The notes: a model not told the origin generated them from the sequence alone. A stretch of DNA of 60,900 nucleotides from Bdellovibrionales bacterium (GCA_038144835.1 JAYQON010000006.1:1959-62858), one strand, 5' to 3'. Positions 48,837 to 59,483 are shown, counted from the first letter of the stretch. Made by a program: numbers and translations.

Positions 48837-49583
48837 ATGAGAGTGTTTTTATTCTTTATTCTGATTTCTACCGCATCAGCTGCTTATGGCGCTGGTCCGC
48901 AAACCTGCACTCTCGAAAATATGCCTCAGGCAAAAGTAGCAAAGGCTATTGAAGTCGGTCGCATTTCTCTCATTCAAAGACTTAAAGGTCTGAGGCGGGA
49001 GGAGCTTCCGAGAGTCCTTTATTTTGAGAAATTTCTGGCCGGTGGTCGCACGCAAATTCTCGCCCATATGCCCAAGTTTTTGCAAAGTCGGAAGGATTTC
49101 AATTCTCAGATATTAGATGGCAAGCGAGAGATGGAAGTTTTGCTCTGGCACTTTAAGGATTGCTTGTACTCGCGCGTTGCGCGGCAATTTGGATCTGGGG
49201 CTGATCTGTCAGAATTAATGAGGTCTGAGCGTGGATTGCTTTTTATGCGCGAACTGGACGAACATATTCGAGAGCTTGAACGCGGGCAGGCCAGTGATGA
49301 AGAAAAATCTAGGTGTTATCAGATTAAGTTTTCTGACTCGGGCTTGAGCTGTTGGGATGGATTAGTGGGTAAAACTCTTGGTTCAGTTTTGGCGGCGCGT
49401 GCTCTCCGTCAATGGCGCGGAGAATTGTTCAGCGTTCATCGGCGCGAACCCCGCCAACGTCTCGAGGAACTGGCGTTTCTGCAAAGACAGAAGCTCAATC
49501 AGAATTTTGCTGAGCAAGATGCTTTGGCGTTAACTAGAAAGTCACATGATGATGAGGTTATGCGCCCACGCAATGCCCGCTAG
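48837..49583 (+). CDS. Hypothetical exported protein
   Basis: Signal MRVFLFFILISTASAAYG from ATG 48837. Confidence 0.7.
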   Translation: MRVFLFFILISTASAAYGAGPQTCTLENMPQAKVAKAIEVGRISLIQRLKGLRREELPRVLYFEKFLAGGRTQILAHMPKFLQSRKDFNSQILDGKREMEVLLWHFKDCLYSRVARQFGSGADLSELMRSERGLLFMRELDEHIRELERGQASDEEKSRCYQIKFSDSGLSCWDGLVGKTLGSVLAARALRQWRGELFSVHRREPRQRLEELAFLQRQKLNQNFAEQDALALTRKSHDDEVMRPRNAR

Positions 49584-50374
49584 GATTGATTTTGCGTCGA
49601 TTTAAAAAAATCAGCAGCTACCGCAAGAGTTTGGGTAAAGGTTTTATTGTCGCCAAAGAATCCGGCTTGGCGAAAGTGATCCAATCCGACTTCAGCAATT
49701 ATCTGTCCGAAAGGTTGGGTGTCTCGCTCGACAATCCCGTCAGATTCGAGGTTAAAGGCATTAAACGCTGGAAGCTGATGAATTATCCGCAAAGGCAAAC
49801 ACCATTTTTTGCGCGGAGCCCAGCAGACTATTGATCCCGTTTGCACGTGATCGACATTGCGGCCTTCGTGGGCAAATAGTTGGTTAACAGATTTCGCGGT
49901 CAGGTCTTCAAAGAAATGCTTTTTTGCTAAGATGTTGTAACCACCAGTGCGCAAGATAAAAGTTGAGCCGGGATGGGAATCAGGCATATCGGCACAAATT
50001 TCTGCGAGGCGCGATCCTCCATGTGGAGTAGCCAGAGTCAGTACGCTGGTTAATTTATTGGCGCGACCCTCCTGTCGCAAGCGCTCTAAAACCAAACGTG
50101 CCACCAAACCTCCTGCGGAATGTCCAAAAATATGGACACGGCTTTCAGGCTCTTTCCAGATTGGGTGATGTATTAAAAAGGTGTGTGCGCGGTCGGCAAT
50201 TTGAGCGATCGTGTCCGAGCCAAGTCCGGTGACAGGATAAAAATCAATACCCCTTTTGCTCAGGCCGCGAGCAATGTGCTGGTAAACTGGGCCGAAGTCT
50301 AAAAATTTTAATTTGCCGTGGTCATGGGCGTGGGTGCTCAAACCGCGAATAAAGAAAACATTCACTGCTTTCAC
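49580..50374 (-). CDS. Alpha/beta hydrolase (lipase-like)
   Basis: GHSAGG, TPHGGS, SDGIV, DH. Confidence 0.88.
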   Translation of the reverse strand: MKAVNVFFIRGLSTHAHDHGKLKFLDFGPVYQHIARGLSKRGIDFYPVTGLGSDTIAQIADRAHTFLIHHPIWKEPESRVHIFGHSAGGLVARLVLERLRQEGRANKLTSVLTLATPHGGSRLAEICADMPDSHPGSTFILRTGGYNILAKKHFFEDLTAKSVNQLFAHEGRNVDHVQTGSIVCWAPRKKWCLPLRIIHQLPAFNAFNLESDGIVERDTQPFGQIIAEVGLDHFRQAGFFGDNKTFTQTLAVAADFFKSTQNQS

Positions 50375-50394
50375 AAGACCTTAGTACCAGGGCT

Positions 50395-50421
50395 TTAAGA
50401 ACCACGCAAGAATGCCGAAAC
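50395..50421 (+). promoter_or_regulatory. sigma28-type promoter of motAB
   Basis: TTAA-N15-GCCGAAAC. Confidence 0.6.
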
Positions 50422-50437
50422 CTTAGTGAGGTGAAGA

Positions 50438-51298
50438 ATGGGATTTGTAGGTGCGTTAGTCGTATTGGTGTGCGTGTTCGGCGGGTTCATCCTTGCGGGC
50501 GGTCACATCCATGTGGTTTGGCAGCCCTATGAGGTGATGATCATCTTCGGTGCGGCCCTCGGTGGTTTCTTGATTGGAAACCCGCTTTCGACCGTAAAAA
50601 AGGCCTTCAAAATGGCCCTACATGGTTTTACCGCCAGCGGTCCCAGTAAAAAGGATTATACGGAATTACTTCAGCTCATGTTTCAACTCTTTCAAATTTT
50701 CCGCAAGGAAGGCCCTCAGGCAGTGGAAAAACACATCGAGGAACCGGAGGCCTCTGAAATTTTTAAGGCTTATCCGACATTTCTCAAAAATCATCATGCC
50801 GTTGATTTTTTGTGCGACACAATGAAGATCACGCTATCGGCGGATCTTTCTCAATACGATGTCGATGAACTTTTAGATCAAGACATTAAGGTCATGCACG
50901 AGGAAGAACATGCCGCTCAACATGCTGTTCAGAACACGGGTGATGCGTTTCCTGGTCTAGGTATCGTTGCGGCGGTTTTGGGTATCGTGCATACCATGGA
51001 TTATCTTGATCAAGGCGCGCAGAAGATCGGTAGCTTGGTGGCTGCGGCTCTCATTGGTACGTTTCTGGGGGTTTTGGCCTGTTATGGTTTTATTGCACCT
51101 ATCGCCTTAAAAATGAAAAACGACATTGATGCCGAAGGACGGTACTTGATGGTGATCAAGGCCGCGCTGGTGTCTTTGCAACGTGGAGCTCCTCCATTGG
51201 TATGCGTTGAATTTGCGCGCCGGACGATTTTTCCTGAAGTGCGCCCGACGTTTGAGGAAATGGACACGGCTACGAAAGAAGCTAAGAAGGCGGCGTAA
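50438..51298 (+). CDS. motA: Flagellar stator MotA
   Basis: WQPYEVMIIFG, PGLGIVAAVLG, AALIGTFLG. Confidence 0.95.
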   Translation: MGFVGALVVLVCVFGGFILAGGHIHVVWQPYEVMIIFGAALGGFLIGNPLSTVKKAFKMALHGFTASGPSKKDYTELLQLMFQLFQIFRKEGPQAVEKHIEEPEASEIFKAYPTFLKNHHAVDFLCDTMKITLSADLSQYDVDELLDQDIKVMHEEEHAAQHAVQNTGDAFPGLGIVAAVLGIVHTMDYLDQGAQKIGSLVAAALIGTFLGVLACYGFIAPIALKMKNDIDAEGRYLMVIKAALVSLQRGAPPLVCVEFARRTIFPEVRPTFEEMDTATKEAKKAA

Positions 51299-51301
51299 AA
51301 C

Positions 51302-52192
51302 ATGGCAGCGGATAAAAAACCTACCATTGTTGTTAAAAAAATCACCGTGGTCGCCGGAGGTGGTCATGGGGGTTCATGGAAGGTAGCGTTTGCTGACTTC
51401 ATGACGGCGCTGATGGCGTTTTTTCTCTTGATGTGGTTGCTCAATCAAACACCAGAGGTGAAAAAGAACGTTTCAGACTATTTTTCAACGCCATCGATTA
51501 TTGAATACAATTTTTCGAACTATGGAGTTCAACTCACCATTGAGAAGATCTTTTTGGACCTGATCAATGAGCCGCTTAAAGTTCTGCAGGCATTCACTCA
51601 GCCTACAGATTACACGCCTAATTTTTTTCAAATGGGTTCAAAAAATATAGTGATGGCTGTACTTAGTGAGGAACTTGGCGAGTATGCCTCAGGCTTTGAG
51701 GCTAGCGGGGATACGATTGAAATTAAGCTTCCAGAGAGCAAGCTCTTTGAGGACGGTACGGCTAGCCCCAAAGCTGCATTTGCGTTAGTCATGGATCGTT
51801 TGTCAAAATTTACGGCTGGGATGGAAGATGCTGATATTTATGTGGATTCACGCGTCTACTTACATACCATAAAAGGCCAGGACCAAGGCTTGGCTCGCAA
51901 CGTGGCTGAACGTCGTCTGGATTTGGTCATGAGCCAAATTGACAATAAACTGGAGCATCAGAGCGTTTCAATGCATCAGAAAGCCGAAGTGAGTCCACCC
52001 GCTCGTCGCTCAGATGGCCGTCCTGAAGAGGGGTACATCAGAGTTTTAGTGAAGCAAAAAGACCTTCGTTCAGATGGAAGCAAACCTCGTAAGCTCAGCC
52101 GCATTCTGGGCAAGGATGACGAGTCGATGAATGTTTACAACAACTTCGTTAACAAAATGTCCAAAAGCCAGTCTAAAAGCGAGAAGCGCTAG
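51302..52192 (+). CDS. motB: Flagellar stator MotB
   Basis: HGGSWKVAFADFMTALMAFF; divergent periplasmic domain. Confidence 0.92.
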   Translation: MAADKKPTIVVKKITVVAGGGHGGSWKVAFADFMTALMAFFLLMWLLNQTPEVKKNVSDYFSTPSIIEYNFSNYGVQLTIEKIFLDLINEPLKVLQAFTQPTDYTPNFFQMGSKNIVMAVLSEELGEYASGFEASGDTIEIKLPESKLFEDGTASPKAAFALVMDRLSKFTAGMEDADIYVDSRVYLHTIKGQDQGLARNVAERRLDLVMSQIDNKLEHQSVSMHQKAEVSPPARRSDGRPEEGYIRVLVKQKDLRSDGSKPRKLSRILGKDDESMNVYNNFVNKMSKSQSKSEKR

Positions 52193-52262
52193 CGGAACAA
52201 AACTTTCTAGTTTCGCCTTGTAATGCCAAGTACATTTGGCCTACATTAGGCCCCATCAAAGC

Positions 52263-53114
52263 ATGCAACTTTTGAAAACTTTTTGGCCCGAGGCCGTCTT
52301 TATTGCGATTGATCTTGAAACTACGGGTAAGTATCCCCTGGATGCTGAAATTTGTGAGATGGCAGCGGTAAAATGGCAGGGTGGGCGAGTCATCGAGGAG
52401 TTTCAAACTCTGATAAGGCCCATTCAGAGGATGTCACAAGAAGTAATAAAGATTCACAACATCACCAATGAAATGGTTGAGGCAGCTCCTCGCATCGAAG
52501 AAAAAATTTCTGAATTTCACAGTTTCATCTCGAGGGGTATCGTGGTTGCGCATCATGCACCCTTTGATTTGGGTTTTCTGGCATTTGAATTTGAAAAGGC
52601 TCGCTTGCCGCTACCCGTGAATCCCGTATTTTGCACCAGTCTACTAAGTCGCAATATGAATGCAAATGTCTCTAATCACCGGCTTGCCACTCTCGCTGCG
52701 CATTTCTCAATTCCTGCGGGCTCGGCTCACCGCGCGCTTGATGACGCGAGAACTTGTCTTGGTGTGGCTTTAAAATATTTTGAAAAACTTGGGCCCGAAG
52801 CTAAGGTGAGTGACCTTCAGACGATTCAGAGCGTCCCTTTGACATGGGAACGCTTCTCTATCGACTTGCTAACCGAACGTGAGCATTTTCGGACTTTGGT
52901 AAGGGCGGTACGTGACAAAGCCGAAATTCACATCACTTATGAGTCAGGTTCTCGTCCAGGTCAGTCACGTAAGGTTTTCCCAATGGGTCTCGTACGTAAT
53001 CCAGATGGTGACTTTTTGGTTGCCACAGAGGGCAACAACGAGGGTGATGACATAAAACCAAAGCGCTACTTTCTGCAGCACATTTCCTCTGTTCGTTTCG
53101 CTCAGGGTCTTTAA
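52263..53114 (+). CDS. DEDDh 3'-5' exonuclease (DnaQ-like) with a C-terminal WYL-like domain
   Basis: IDLETTG, AHHAPFD, HRALDDA; C-terminal IHITY...RKVFP...KRYFLQHI. Confidence 0.85.
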   Translation: MQLLKTFWPEAVFIAIDLETTGKYPLDAEICEMAAVKWQGGRVIEEFQTLIRPIQRMSQEVIKIHNITNEMVEAAPRIEEKISEFHSFISRGIVVAHHAPFDLGFLAFEFEKARLPLPVNPVFCTSLLSRNMNANVSNHRLATLAAHFSIPAGSAHRALDDARTCLGVALKYFEKLGPEAKVSDLQTIQSVPLTWERFSIDLLTEREHFRTLVRAVRDKAEIHITYESGSRPGQSRKVFPMGLVRNPDGDFLVATEGNNEGDDIKPKRYFLQHISSVRFAQGL

Positions 53115-53222
53115 CGCCAATGCCCAATCTCCTGTCTGGGTCGTGCGGGTCTTTCGACTAAAAAAATGCTAATAGCTTTGGTGAATTTTGACGAAGTGGA
53201 GCGTCGCTTCTAGGCTTGGTCT

Positions 53223-54548
53223 ATGATTCGTACACTCATCATAATTGCTAGTTTAGTTTCAGCTGTTGCAGAAGCAAAATCCTGGTCGTTTCTCTACTCG
53301 CAAGATGGCCTTTGGTTTACCGACAAAATTACTTTGGATGAAAATGGGTGGCCTGAGCTTATTCAGCAAGCTTATTTCACCAGTGAGCGTATTGCCAAAC
53401 GCGCCGCTGGCCAAATCGCTGACTTAGGTCATCCACCATTTAAGGATATTGAACTTATAAGCAGTAATGGTGTGACACTATGGAATGTCACCGAAGAATG
53501 GAGTTGGGCTTGGGAAATACGCTTTGCAGAATGGGTCAAAACTGAGCTTAATAGTCATTGGTGGAAAGATCATGGTTTGGCGACAGATTGCGCGGATGTT
53601 GTATATTCTGCCCGATGGATTTTTGCGCGGGAGCATGGTTTGCCGATGGCCAATCATCTCATCACCGGTCATATTTTTTCATACCGATCAGTCAAGCCAG
53701 AATGGGAGTCTTTGCCGACAGATAAGGCTTGGGAAAAAGATCAGCGATTTTTAGCAGCACTCAATTATTTGCTAAGTCAAACTTTCACGCATAGTCTATG
53801 GAGAGACAGCTACCCTATAGCGATAACCCAAAGCGCACTGACCCCTGGAGCTTATCATCTTCAGCTGCATGACGATTCTGGACACACTCAGTTTGTGAAT
53901 CATGTTGGTCTCACAGCTGAGGAAGTGCCTTTGCTCACGCTAAATTCGACGGTACCGCGTGAGGTTCGGGATCTTGAGGAGCTTGTCTTTTTCGAGGACT
54001 CTGCCGATGAAAAAAGTGCGGGCTTTTTGCGCATGCGTTGGCCACAATTTGATGCTCTTGGAAAGGTGAGTTTTGTGCCCGCGAATGCGATGCCTCACTA
54101 TTCAGTTGAACAATTTGAAACCAGTTTTGTGAGTCCAAATCGAAGCACCTTTTGGGAAGAGGTGTTTTTTAGATTGAATCCATTTGCCGATTTTGATCGT
54201 GTGGGACAAAAGACGGCCAGTCAGATTGTCGATCTGTTCAAGGCGCGAGTTCCAATAGTGGAGCGCGGATTTCAAGTGTGTAATGCCAACCCCTGCTTGC
54301 CAGGTAGTCCTGAATACAACGCATGGAGTACTCCATCGCGTGACCGACGTATTAGACGCACAATTGACGTTTTTGATTCAATAAGTTCTCTTATTTACTC
54401 TTGGTCTAAAATTTCGCGTCTCTTAGAGATGCCGATTCTTTCTCTTGGTGGAAGTTTGTTTAATGGAGAAGAACTCATGTCTAATTGGCGCTCAGGTTCA
54501 TATTCGTCAAATCCGAACCACTTGCCTGAAGTCCGCTGGGGGCTGTGA
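53223..54548 (+). CDS. Hypothetical exported protein (possible Cys-His hydrolase)
   Basis: Signal ending AEA; TDCAD and SGHTQ motifs. Confidence 0.7.
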   Translation: MIRTLIIIASLVSAVAEAKSWSFLYSQDGLWFTDKITLDENGWPELIQQAYFTSERIAKRAAGQIADLGHPPFKDIELISSNGVTLWNVTEEWSWAWEIRFAEWVKTELNSHWWKDHGLATDCADVVYSARWIFAREHGLPMANHLITGHIFSYRSVKPEWESLPTDKAWEKDQRFLAALNYLLSQTFTHSLWRDSYPIAITQSALTPGAYHLQLHDDSGHTQFVNHVGLTAEEVPLLTLNSTVPREVRDLEELVFFEDSADEKSAGFLRMRWPQFDALGKVSFVPANAMPHYSVEQFETSFVSPNRSTFWEEVFFRLNPFADFDRVGQKTASQIVDLFKARVPIVERGFQVCNANPCLPGSPEYNAWSTPSRDRRIRRTIDVFDSISSLIYSWSKISRLLEMPILSLGGSLFNGEELMSNWRSGSYSSNPNHLPEVRWGL

Positions 54549-54559
54549 ATGCCAACGAA

Positions 54560-55588
54560 TCAAAGCACTTTGCGCATTTTGTGCGCGGAATCGGTGCCTT
54601 CTGATCGTAATGACTCATTATCTTCGGATTGAGGGAGTTCGATGTTGGGTTCCAGCGGCTTGCCATCAACCATGACCGTAAATGGGCCACGTTTTGCAAC
54701 AGCCTCATTAATAAGTGGGCGTAATTGCTCCGCAAGCTCTTCAAGGTGTTTAAACTCATCTCCTGCTCGCACGCGAAATTTTCGATCCTTGCCACGCATT
54801 AAATCGCGCAAAAAATTTTCAAATGCGTAAATTGGTCCAGCTGTTCGGTGCGAGAGAATTCTGCCCAAAATAAATAGCGACAGCATAAAGCCAACAAAAA
54901 TAACGCCGTAGGTTTGTAAAAAAGGTATCAGAAATCGACGTTCTGTCATTTTTACGGGACCAATTACTAAATCATCAATAGTGATTTTCAAAAAAGTGTA
55001 CATAAATACACCGCTTATCAATGCAAAACATGAACCGATCGCCATAATAGTTAGGCAGTACTTTAGCTGAAAGCGAGGATTGATCCATAGAGTTCGTCGT
55101 ACATTGACGTCTGGCCAAAACAGACTTCCATCGCGAATGAGTCCATAGACGACCAGGGCGTATCCTACCCATTGAATGGCATCCGCAACGTTGAATGCCG
55201 GACTAGCCAGCGAGGGTGAACCAATGACAAGAAAGTCAACTACGGCGCCGTTTATGGCGCGATCAGTGACGTTGCCTAAGATTCCCCCAAGTAGAAGCGA
55301 CATTCCCGTGCGCAGGGGCATCGACCTCGAAGGTAGCAAGTATTGAATGGCGCCATAGATGAAAACAAGAAAGGCACCTCCAGTGCTCAAAGAGACAATT
55401 CGTAAAATTGGTGGCAGATTAGAAAAAGTGCCTAGTATTGCGCCCGGGTTGTGATGCAGTACAAGGCCGATAGGACCATAAAAGCGCAAATTTTGCAGAT
55501 TGCCTGAGGCCCACGCTTTGGTGAGCTGATCTACGGCCCAGGTAAGAATGACTAATCCAATGACAATCAACCAATCACGCTTTTTCAT
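54560..55588 (-). CDS. lspA: Lipoprotein signal peptidase II with a C-terminal 2TM + HAMP-like extension
   Basis: DQLTK, NPGA, GGILGNVTDR, VVDF, FNVAD; C-terminal SHRTAGP...RAGDEF. Confidence 0.85.
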   Translation of the reverse strand: MKKRDWLIVIGLVILTWAVDQLTKAWASGNLQNLRFYGPIGLVLHHNPGAILGTFSNLPPILRIVSLSTGGAFLVFIYGAIQYLLPSRSMPLRTGMSLLLGGILGNVTDRAINGAVVDFLVIGSPSLASPAFNVADAIQWVGYALVVYGLIRDGSLFWPDVNVRRTLWINPRFQLKYCLTIMAIGSCFALISGVFMYTFLKITIDDLVIGPVKMTERRFLIPFLQTYGVIFVGFMLSLFILGRILSHRTAGPIYAFENFLRDLMRGKDRKFRVRAGDEFKHLEELAEQLRPLINEAVAKRGPFTVMVDGKPLEPNIELPQSEDNESLRSEGTDSAHKMRKVL

Positions 55589-55597
55589 TCATTGAGG

Positions 55598-56527
55598 TTA
55601 TCGGCGAAGGGGGCCGCCCCCTATAGGGGCAATCACGACTTGATTGCGTCCTTGTCTTTTGGCTTGGTAGAGCGCGCGATCAGCGCAATCGATGATTTGA
55701 TGAGCCTCGCTTCCGTTTTCGGGAAAAACGGCGACGCCCGCACTGATGGTGATGTAGGTTGGACTGGATGTTAGTCCGGTAAAAGGATTTTTTTCAAAAT
55801 TTGAGCGCACGTGTTCAGCTAATGCGAGGGCCTTAACGTAGTCGTACCTTGGCAAAATGATTGTGAACTCTTCTCCGCCGTAGCGAGAAACAATTCCTTC
55901 TTTTTCAACAAGTTTCTTAAGCTGCTGAGCAACGGCGTAGAGCAGACGATCACCCTCTGGATGTCCAAAGCGATCATTAAAAATTTTAAAAAAATCGACA
56001 TCAATGATAATTAGGGCAGCCACTTCATTGCAAAGCTTCGCTTTATTTAATTCCTTACGGATATGGTCTTGAAAAAAACGATGGTTGCTCAGCTGAGTCA
56101 CCGGATCCGTAATCGAAAGGTGCTCATAGTGGGCTTTTTCGCTCAGCGTGTTGTGCAACTGGACAGCTTCCAGCATTTGCACAAAAAGATATTCATTCTC
56201 CCAAGGCTTGAGAAAAAGTTTGTGGATGTCCGAATTATTTATGGCCTCGGAGACAATCTGTAAATCGATTTGACCAGAGAGTATAGCTCGGGAGGTGAGT
56301 GGGTTAAGTAAACGAACCTGTTTTAGTAAGTCTACGCCATTCATTTCTGGCATGCGAAAATCGCTCAAGACAACCGCACAGTCTGGGTTGAGTTTGAGAA
56401 GTTTTAGAGCGACGTGTGGGGAACCCGTGGTAAGAACCTGAAAATGTGATTTTAGCAGCCGCTCTAAAGAACTAAGAATACTGGGTTCATCGTCCACGCA
56501 TAAAAGTTTAGGCAGCACGGACTTCAC
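55598..56527 (-). CDS. REC-GGDEF diguanylate cyclase
   Basis: VDDE, SDFRMP, KPW; DVDFFK..NDRFGH, RYGGEEF; GTG start overlaps the upstream stop. Confidence 0.92.
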   Translation of the reverse strand: MKSVLPKLLCVDDEPSILSSLERLLKSHFQVLTTGSPHVALKLLKLNPDCAVVLSDFRMPEMNGVDLLKQVRLLNPLTSRAILSGQIDLQIVSEAINNSDIHKLFLKPWENEYLFVQMLEAVQLHNTLSEKAHYEHLSITDPVTQLSNHRFFQDHIRKELNKAKLCNEVAALIIIDVDFFKIFNDRFGHPEGDRLLYAVAQQLKKLVEKEGIVSRYGGEEFTIILPRYDYVKALALAEHVRSNFEKNPFTGLTSSPTYITISAGVAVFPENGSEAHQIIDCADRALYQAKRQGRNQVVIAPIGGGPLRR

Positions 56528-58074
56528 TTCTTGCTGACCTCCGTAAAGGGCCAAAAGTCTGAGGTTGGACTTGGTTTGTAACCTTTGACTTCAGAGCGTA
56601 TGACAGCTACTTGCAGGTCATACCACAGAGGGATAATGGCAAGATCTTGGTGCACCAACTTTTGCACTTTGCTGTAGATCTGCTTGCGCTTTTGGATGTC
56701 ATTTTCAAATGCGGCCTTATCCAAAAGAGGGTCTAGTGCTGGATTTACATAGCTTCCACGGTTGCGGCCAGGGGGCTTCTCCTTCGAATGAAACGCCAGT
56801 CTATAGATATCTGGATCCACGGTGCCTACCCAGCGCATCAGGGCCAACTGAAATTGTCCCTTTTTAATATCCTCGTAGAAAGTTCCCCATTCAAAGCTTT
56901 GCACCTGCACTTGTAGAGAGCTCGCGCTGATCTGATGAGCAATCACTCGGCCATTCTCGACAGCTTGGGGCGTGCTTGAGGTTTTAAGAATCAGAGATCG
57001 ACCCTGCCAACCCAATTTTTCAATAATTGAGCGAGCTGAAGTTGGATCAGTCTTGGGGTTTTCAAGGCTATTTTCAAAGTAGGGGTTGTTGGGAGTCAGA
57101 ATCGATGTGGCCTCAGTCGCTAAATCAAAAAGTTTATATTTAATTATTTCATTGCGATTAATTGTGTATGCGAGAGCTTTGCGCACGTCTTTGCGGCCCA
57201 GCAACGGGTCTGTGAAATTAATGAGAAGATAAGTTGTGGCTAGACCAGGATAGCGTATGACCCTTAATTCCTTGGAGCGCGCTTCGAGCTCTTTGATTTT
57301 TGCAACTGGCAAATCGGTTTGGGCAATATCGATTTCACCCTTAATAACCTTCTGGAAACGGGTAAGATCATCACGCACGATTTTGAAGGTGAGGCGTGGA
57401 ATCTTTGCGCTGATGGAATCCAACTGGATTTCGCCGTGCTCGGCTTTTGAGAAGCGAAAAGGGCCAGTGCCGGGTAAAGTCTTGGCGAAGTTCGTACTCG
57501 AGGACTCAATTTCTGCTTTTGGCAACAACTTGACCGCTGGCAAATCGCTGAGCAGGAATTTATCTCCGGCGCCGCTGGCTAAGATATCGACGCGAATTCT
57601 CCCATCGATAGTTTTGACTTCGACTTTTTTTATTCCGTCGAGCACTGAGGCGAATGGACTTTGCTTGCTACGGTAGTATGCAAATGAAAATTCGACATCA
57701 GCGGGCTCTAAGACTCTTCCATTATGAAAGTGTAGATTGGGACGAAGAAAAAAAGTGTAATTGTGACCGTTTTGCTCCCAGCGTTCAGCTGCATCCGGAA
57801 TGGGTTTAAAGCCTTCGCCGACGCGCACGAGTGAATTGAAAATCAGAGCACCGATTCGCATGCCGGTGGCATCTGTGGCGTAGCGGGGATCGAGAGTGGC
57901 CGGCTCAGCCGCTAGGGCTACAATCAGGTTGTCAGACGTCGGTTTGTTGCCGCCGCTACAGCCACTCAAAAGTGCGATCAGGCTTATCACAGCGACCAAT
58001 AGAAGTTGCTTCACAGAAGTCTTTCTCCCTTTGCTTACAAAACCAATGCTATACTTGGGTCTGACCAAAAACAA
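56524..58074 (-). CDS. Peptide ABC transporter substrate-binding lipoprotein (family 5)
   Basis: Lipobox LSGC; TLDP, FHNG, GTGPF; true start probably near 58014. Confidence 0.9.
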   Translation of the reverse strand: MFLVRPKYSIGFVSKGRKTSVKQLLLVAVISLIALLSGCSGGNKPTSDNLIVALAAEPATLDPRYATDATGMRIGALIFNSLVRVGEGFKPIPDAAERWEQNGHNYTFFLRPNLHFHNGRVLEPADVEFSFAYYRSKQSPFASVLDGIKKVEVKTIDGRIRVDILASGAGDKFLLSDLPAVKLLPKAEIESSSTNFAKTLPGTGPFRFSKAEHGEIQLDSISAKIPRLTFKIVRDDLTRFQKVIKGEIDIAQTDLPVAKIKELEARSKELRVIRYPGLATTYLLINFTDPLLGRKDVRKALAYTINRNEIIKYKLFDLATEATSILTPNNPYFENSLENPKTDPTSARSIIEKLGWQGRSLILKTSSTPQAVENGRVIAHQISASSLQVQVQSFEWGTFYEDIKKGQFQLALMRWVGTVDPDIYRLAFHSKEKPPGRNRGSYVNPALDPLLDKAAFENDIQKRKQIYSKVQKLVHQDLAIIPLWYDLQVAVIRSEVKGYKPSPTSDFWPFTEVSKK

Positions 58075-58082
58075 TCGGGGGA

Positions 58083-59483
58083 ATGATGTGGTCCTTGATT
58101 CTATACCTGTTAGTGCTTACTCCTGGTGCCAATGCCAATGCCAATGCTCTCACTGGGCGCTTAACAAAAACCGTGCGCCAGTATTCGATCCCACAGGCGC
58201 AACTGGGGCTTGTCATTTATGAGTTGAACCAAACACCCCAGCAATTGATCTTCGCGCTCAATGAAAATCAAGATTTTATACCCGCTTCAGTAACTAAGAT
58301 CGCAACGGCCACCAGCGTGTTGCAAAGGTTGGGGGCTAGTTTTAAATTTCAGACTTCGCTATGGTCTGAGGGTAAAATCAAAAACGGTGTGTTGCAGGGA
58401 GATCTTGTTCTCAAAGGCGGAGGAGACTCTGGTTTTGTATCAGAAACGATGTGGTTTTTAGTCAACGAATTTACACGCACGGGCATCCATCGTATTGAAG
58501 GCGATCTCCTGGTTGATGATACCGATTTTGACCGTGTTCGTGCGGATTCTAGTCGTGATCCTGAACGAGTAGATAGAGCTTACGATGCTCCCGTCGGGGC
58601 GATGTCTTTTAATTGGAACTCAATCAATATTTTTGTGCGGCCAACGCGTTCCGGTGAACCCCCGCGGGTCTATTTGGACCCTTTGGCTGACTATTATAAG
58701 ATCGATAATAAGGCCAAAACAGTGGCTGGGAACGGCTCTTCCCTAGAAGTTTCGCGGGTTGGTCAGCGAGTGATTGTACGTGGAAGTATCGGAGAGGGGG
58801 CTAAAGAGTTTGTTGCCTACAAAAATATCGACGATCCCATCGATTGGTCAGGGCAAAATCTAGCCTTCTTTATGCGACAGAGGGGCATTTCTATCTCCGG
58901 TAAGGTGAAGTCAGGCACAAAGCCTAAAAATGCTGTACTGCTGGCGAAGGCGGATTCAAAACCAGTCAGTCAGCATGTGGCCGACATGATGAAGTTCTCT
59001 AACAATTACGTGGCTGAAATGCTCACCAAAAATCTGGCGGCTCAAGGTGGGGTGTTTCCTGCCAGTTTGGATGCTGGCATGACGCTCATTCGCGAAACCA
59101 TGCTCGGAATGGGTCTCAAGAGTGGGAGCTTTAACCTTTTGAACCCTTCTGGTCTTAGTCGACGCAATCGTATGAAGCCCGTTGATCTGGTCAAAGTATT
59201 GATCGAGGCTCAACATCACTTTCCTACCTTTGCTGAAATGTTAGCTGCTTTTCCTCTGGCAGGACAGGATGGAACTTTGCGCAATCGGATGAAAGGTCAA
59301 GCTACCCAAGGTTGGGTGCGTGCAAAAACTGGAAATCTGTCTGGAGTAGTTGGTTTGGCTGGATATGCGGGGCGAAAAGACGGTGCATCTCATGCCTTTG
59401 TCTTTATTTTTAATGGCAAGGCGGGACAAAGCGATACTGCCAGACGTCTGTTTGACGCTTTAGCTATGGACCTGGTCCAATAA
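58083..59483 (+). CDS. dacB: D-Ala-D-Ala carboxy/endopeptidase (PBP4, S13)
   Basis: PASVTK, SNN, SGLSR, KTG. Confidence 0.93.
   Translation: MMWSLILYLLVLTPGANANANALTGRLTKTVRQYSIPQAQLGLVIYELNQTPQQLIFALNENQDFIPASVTKIATATSVLQRLGASFKFQTSLWSEGKIKNGVLQGDLVLKGGGDSGFVSETMWFLVNEFTRTGIHRIEGDLLVDDTDFDRVRADSSRDPERVDRAYDAPVGAMSFNWNSINIFVRPTRSGEPPRVYLDPLADYYKIDNKAKTVAGNGSSLEVSRVGQRVIVRGSIGEGAKEFVAYKNIDDPIDWSGQNLAFFMRQRGISISGKVKSGTKPKNAVLLAKADSKPVSQHVADMMKFSNNYVAEMLTKNLAAQGGVFPASLDAGMTLIRETMLGMGLKSGSFNLLNPSGLSRRNRMKPVDLVKVLIEAQHHFPTFAEMLAAFPLAGQDGTLRNRMKGQATQGWVRAKTGNLSGVVGLAGYAGRKDGASHAFVFIFNGKAGQSDTARRLFDALAMDLVQ

Noticed and set aside
58127..58148. GCCAAT x3 microrepeat in dacB
   Set aside because: In-frame ANANANA at the signal cleavage region; unit changes would not shift the frame.
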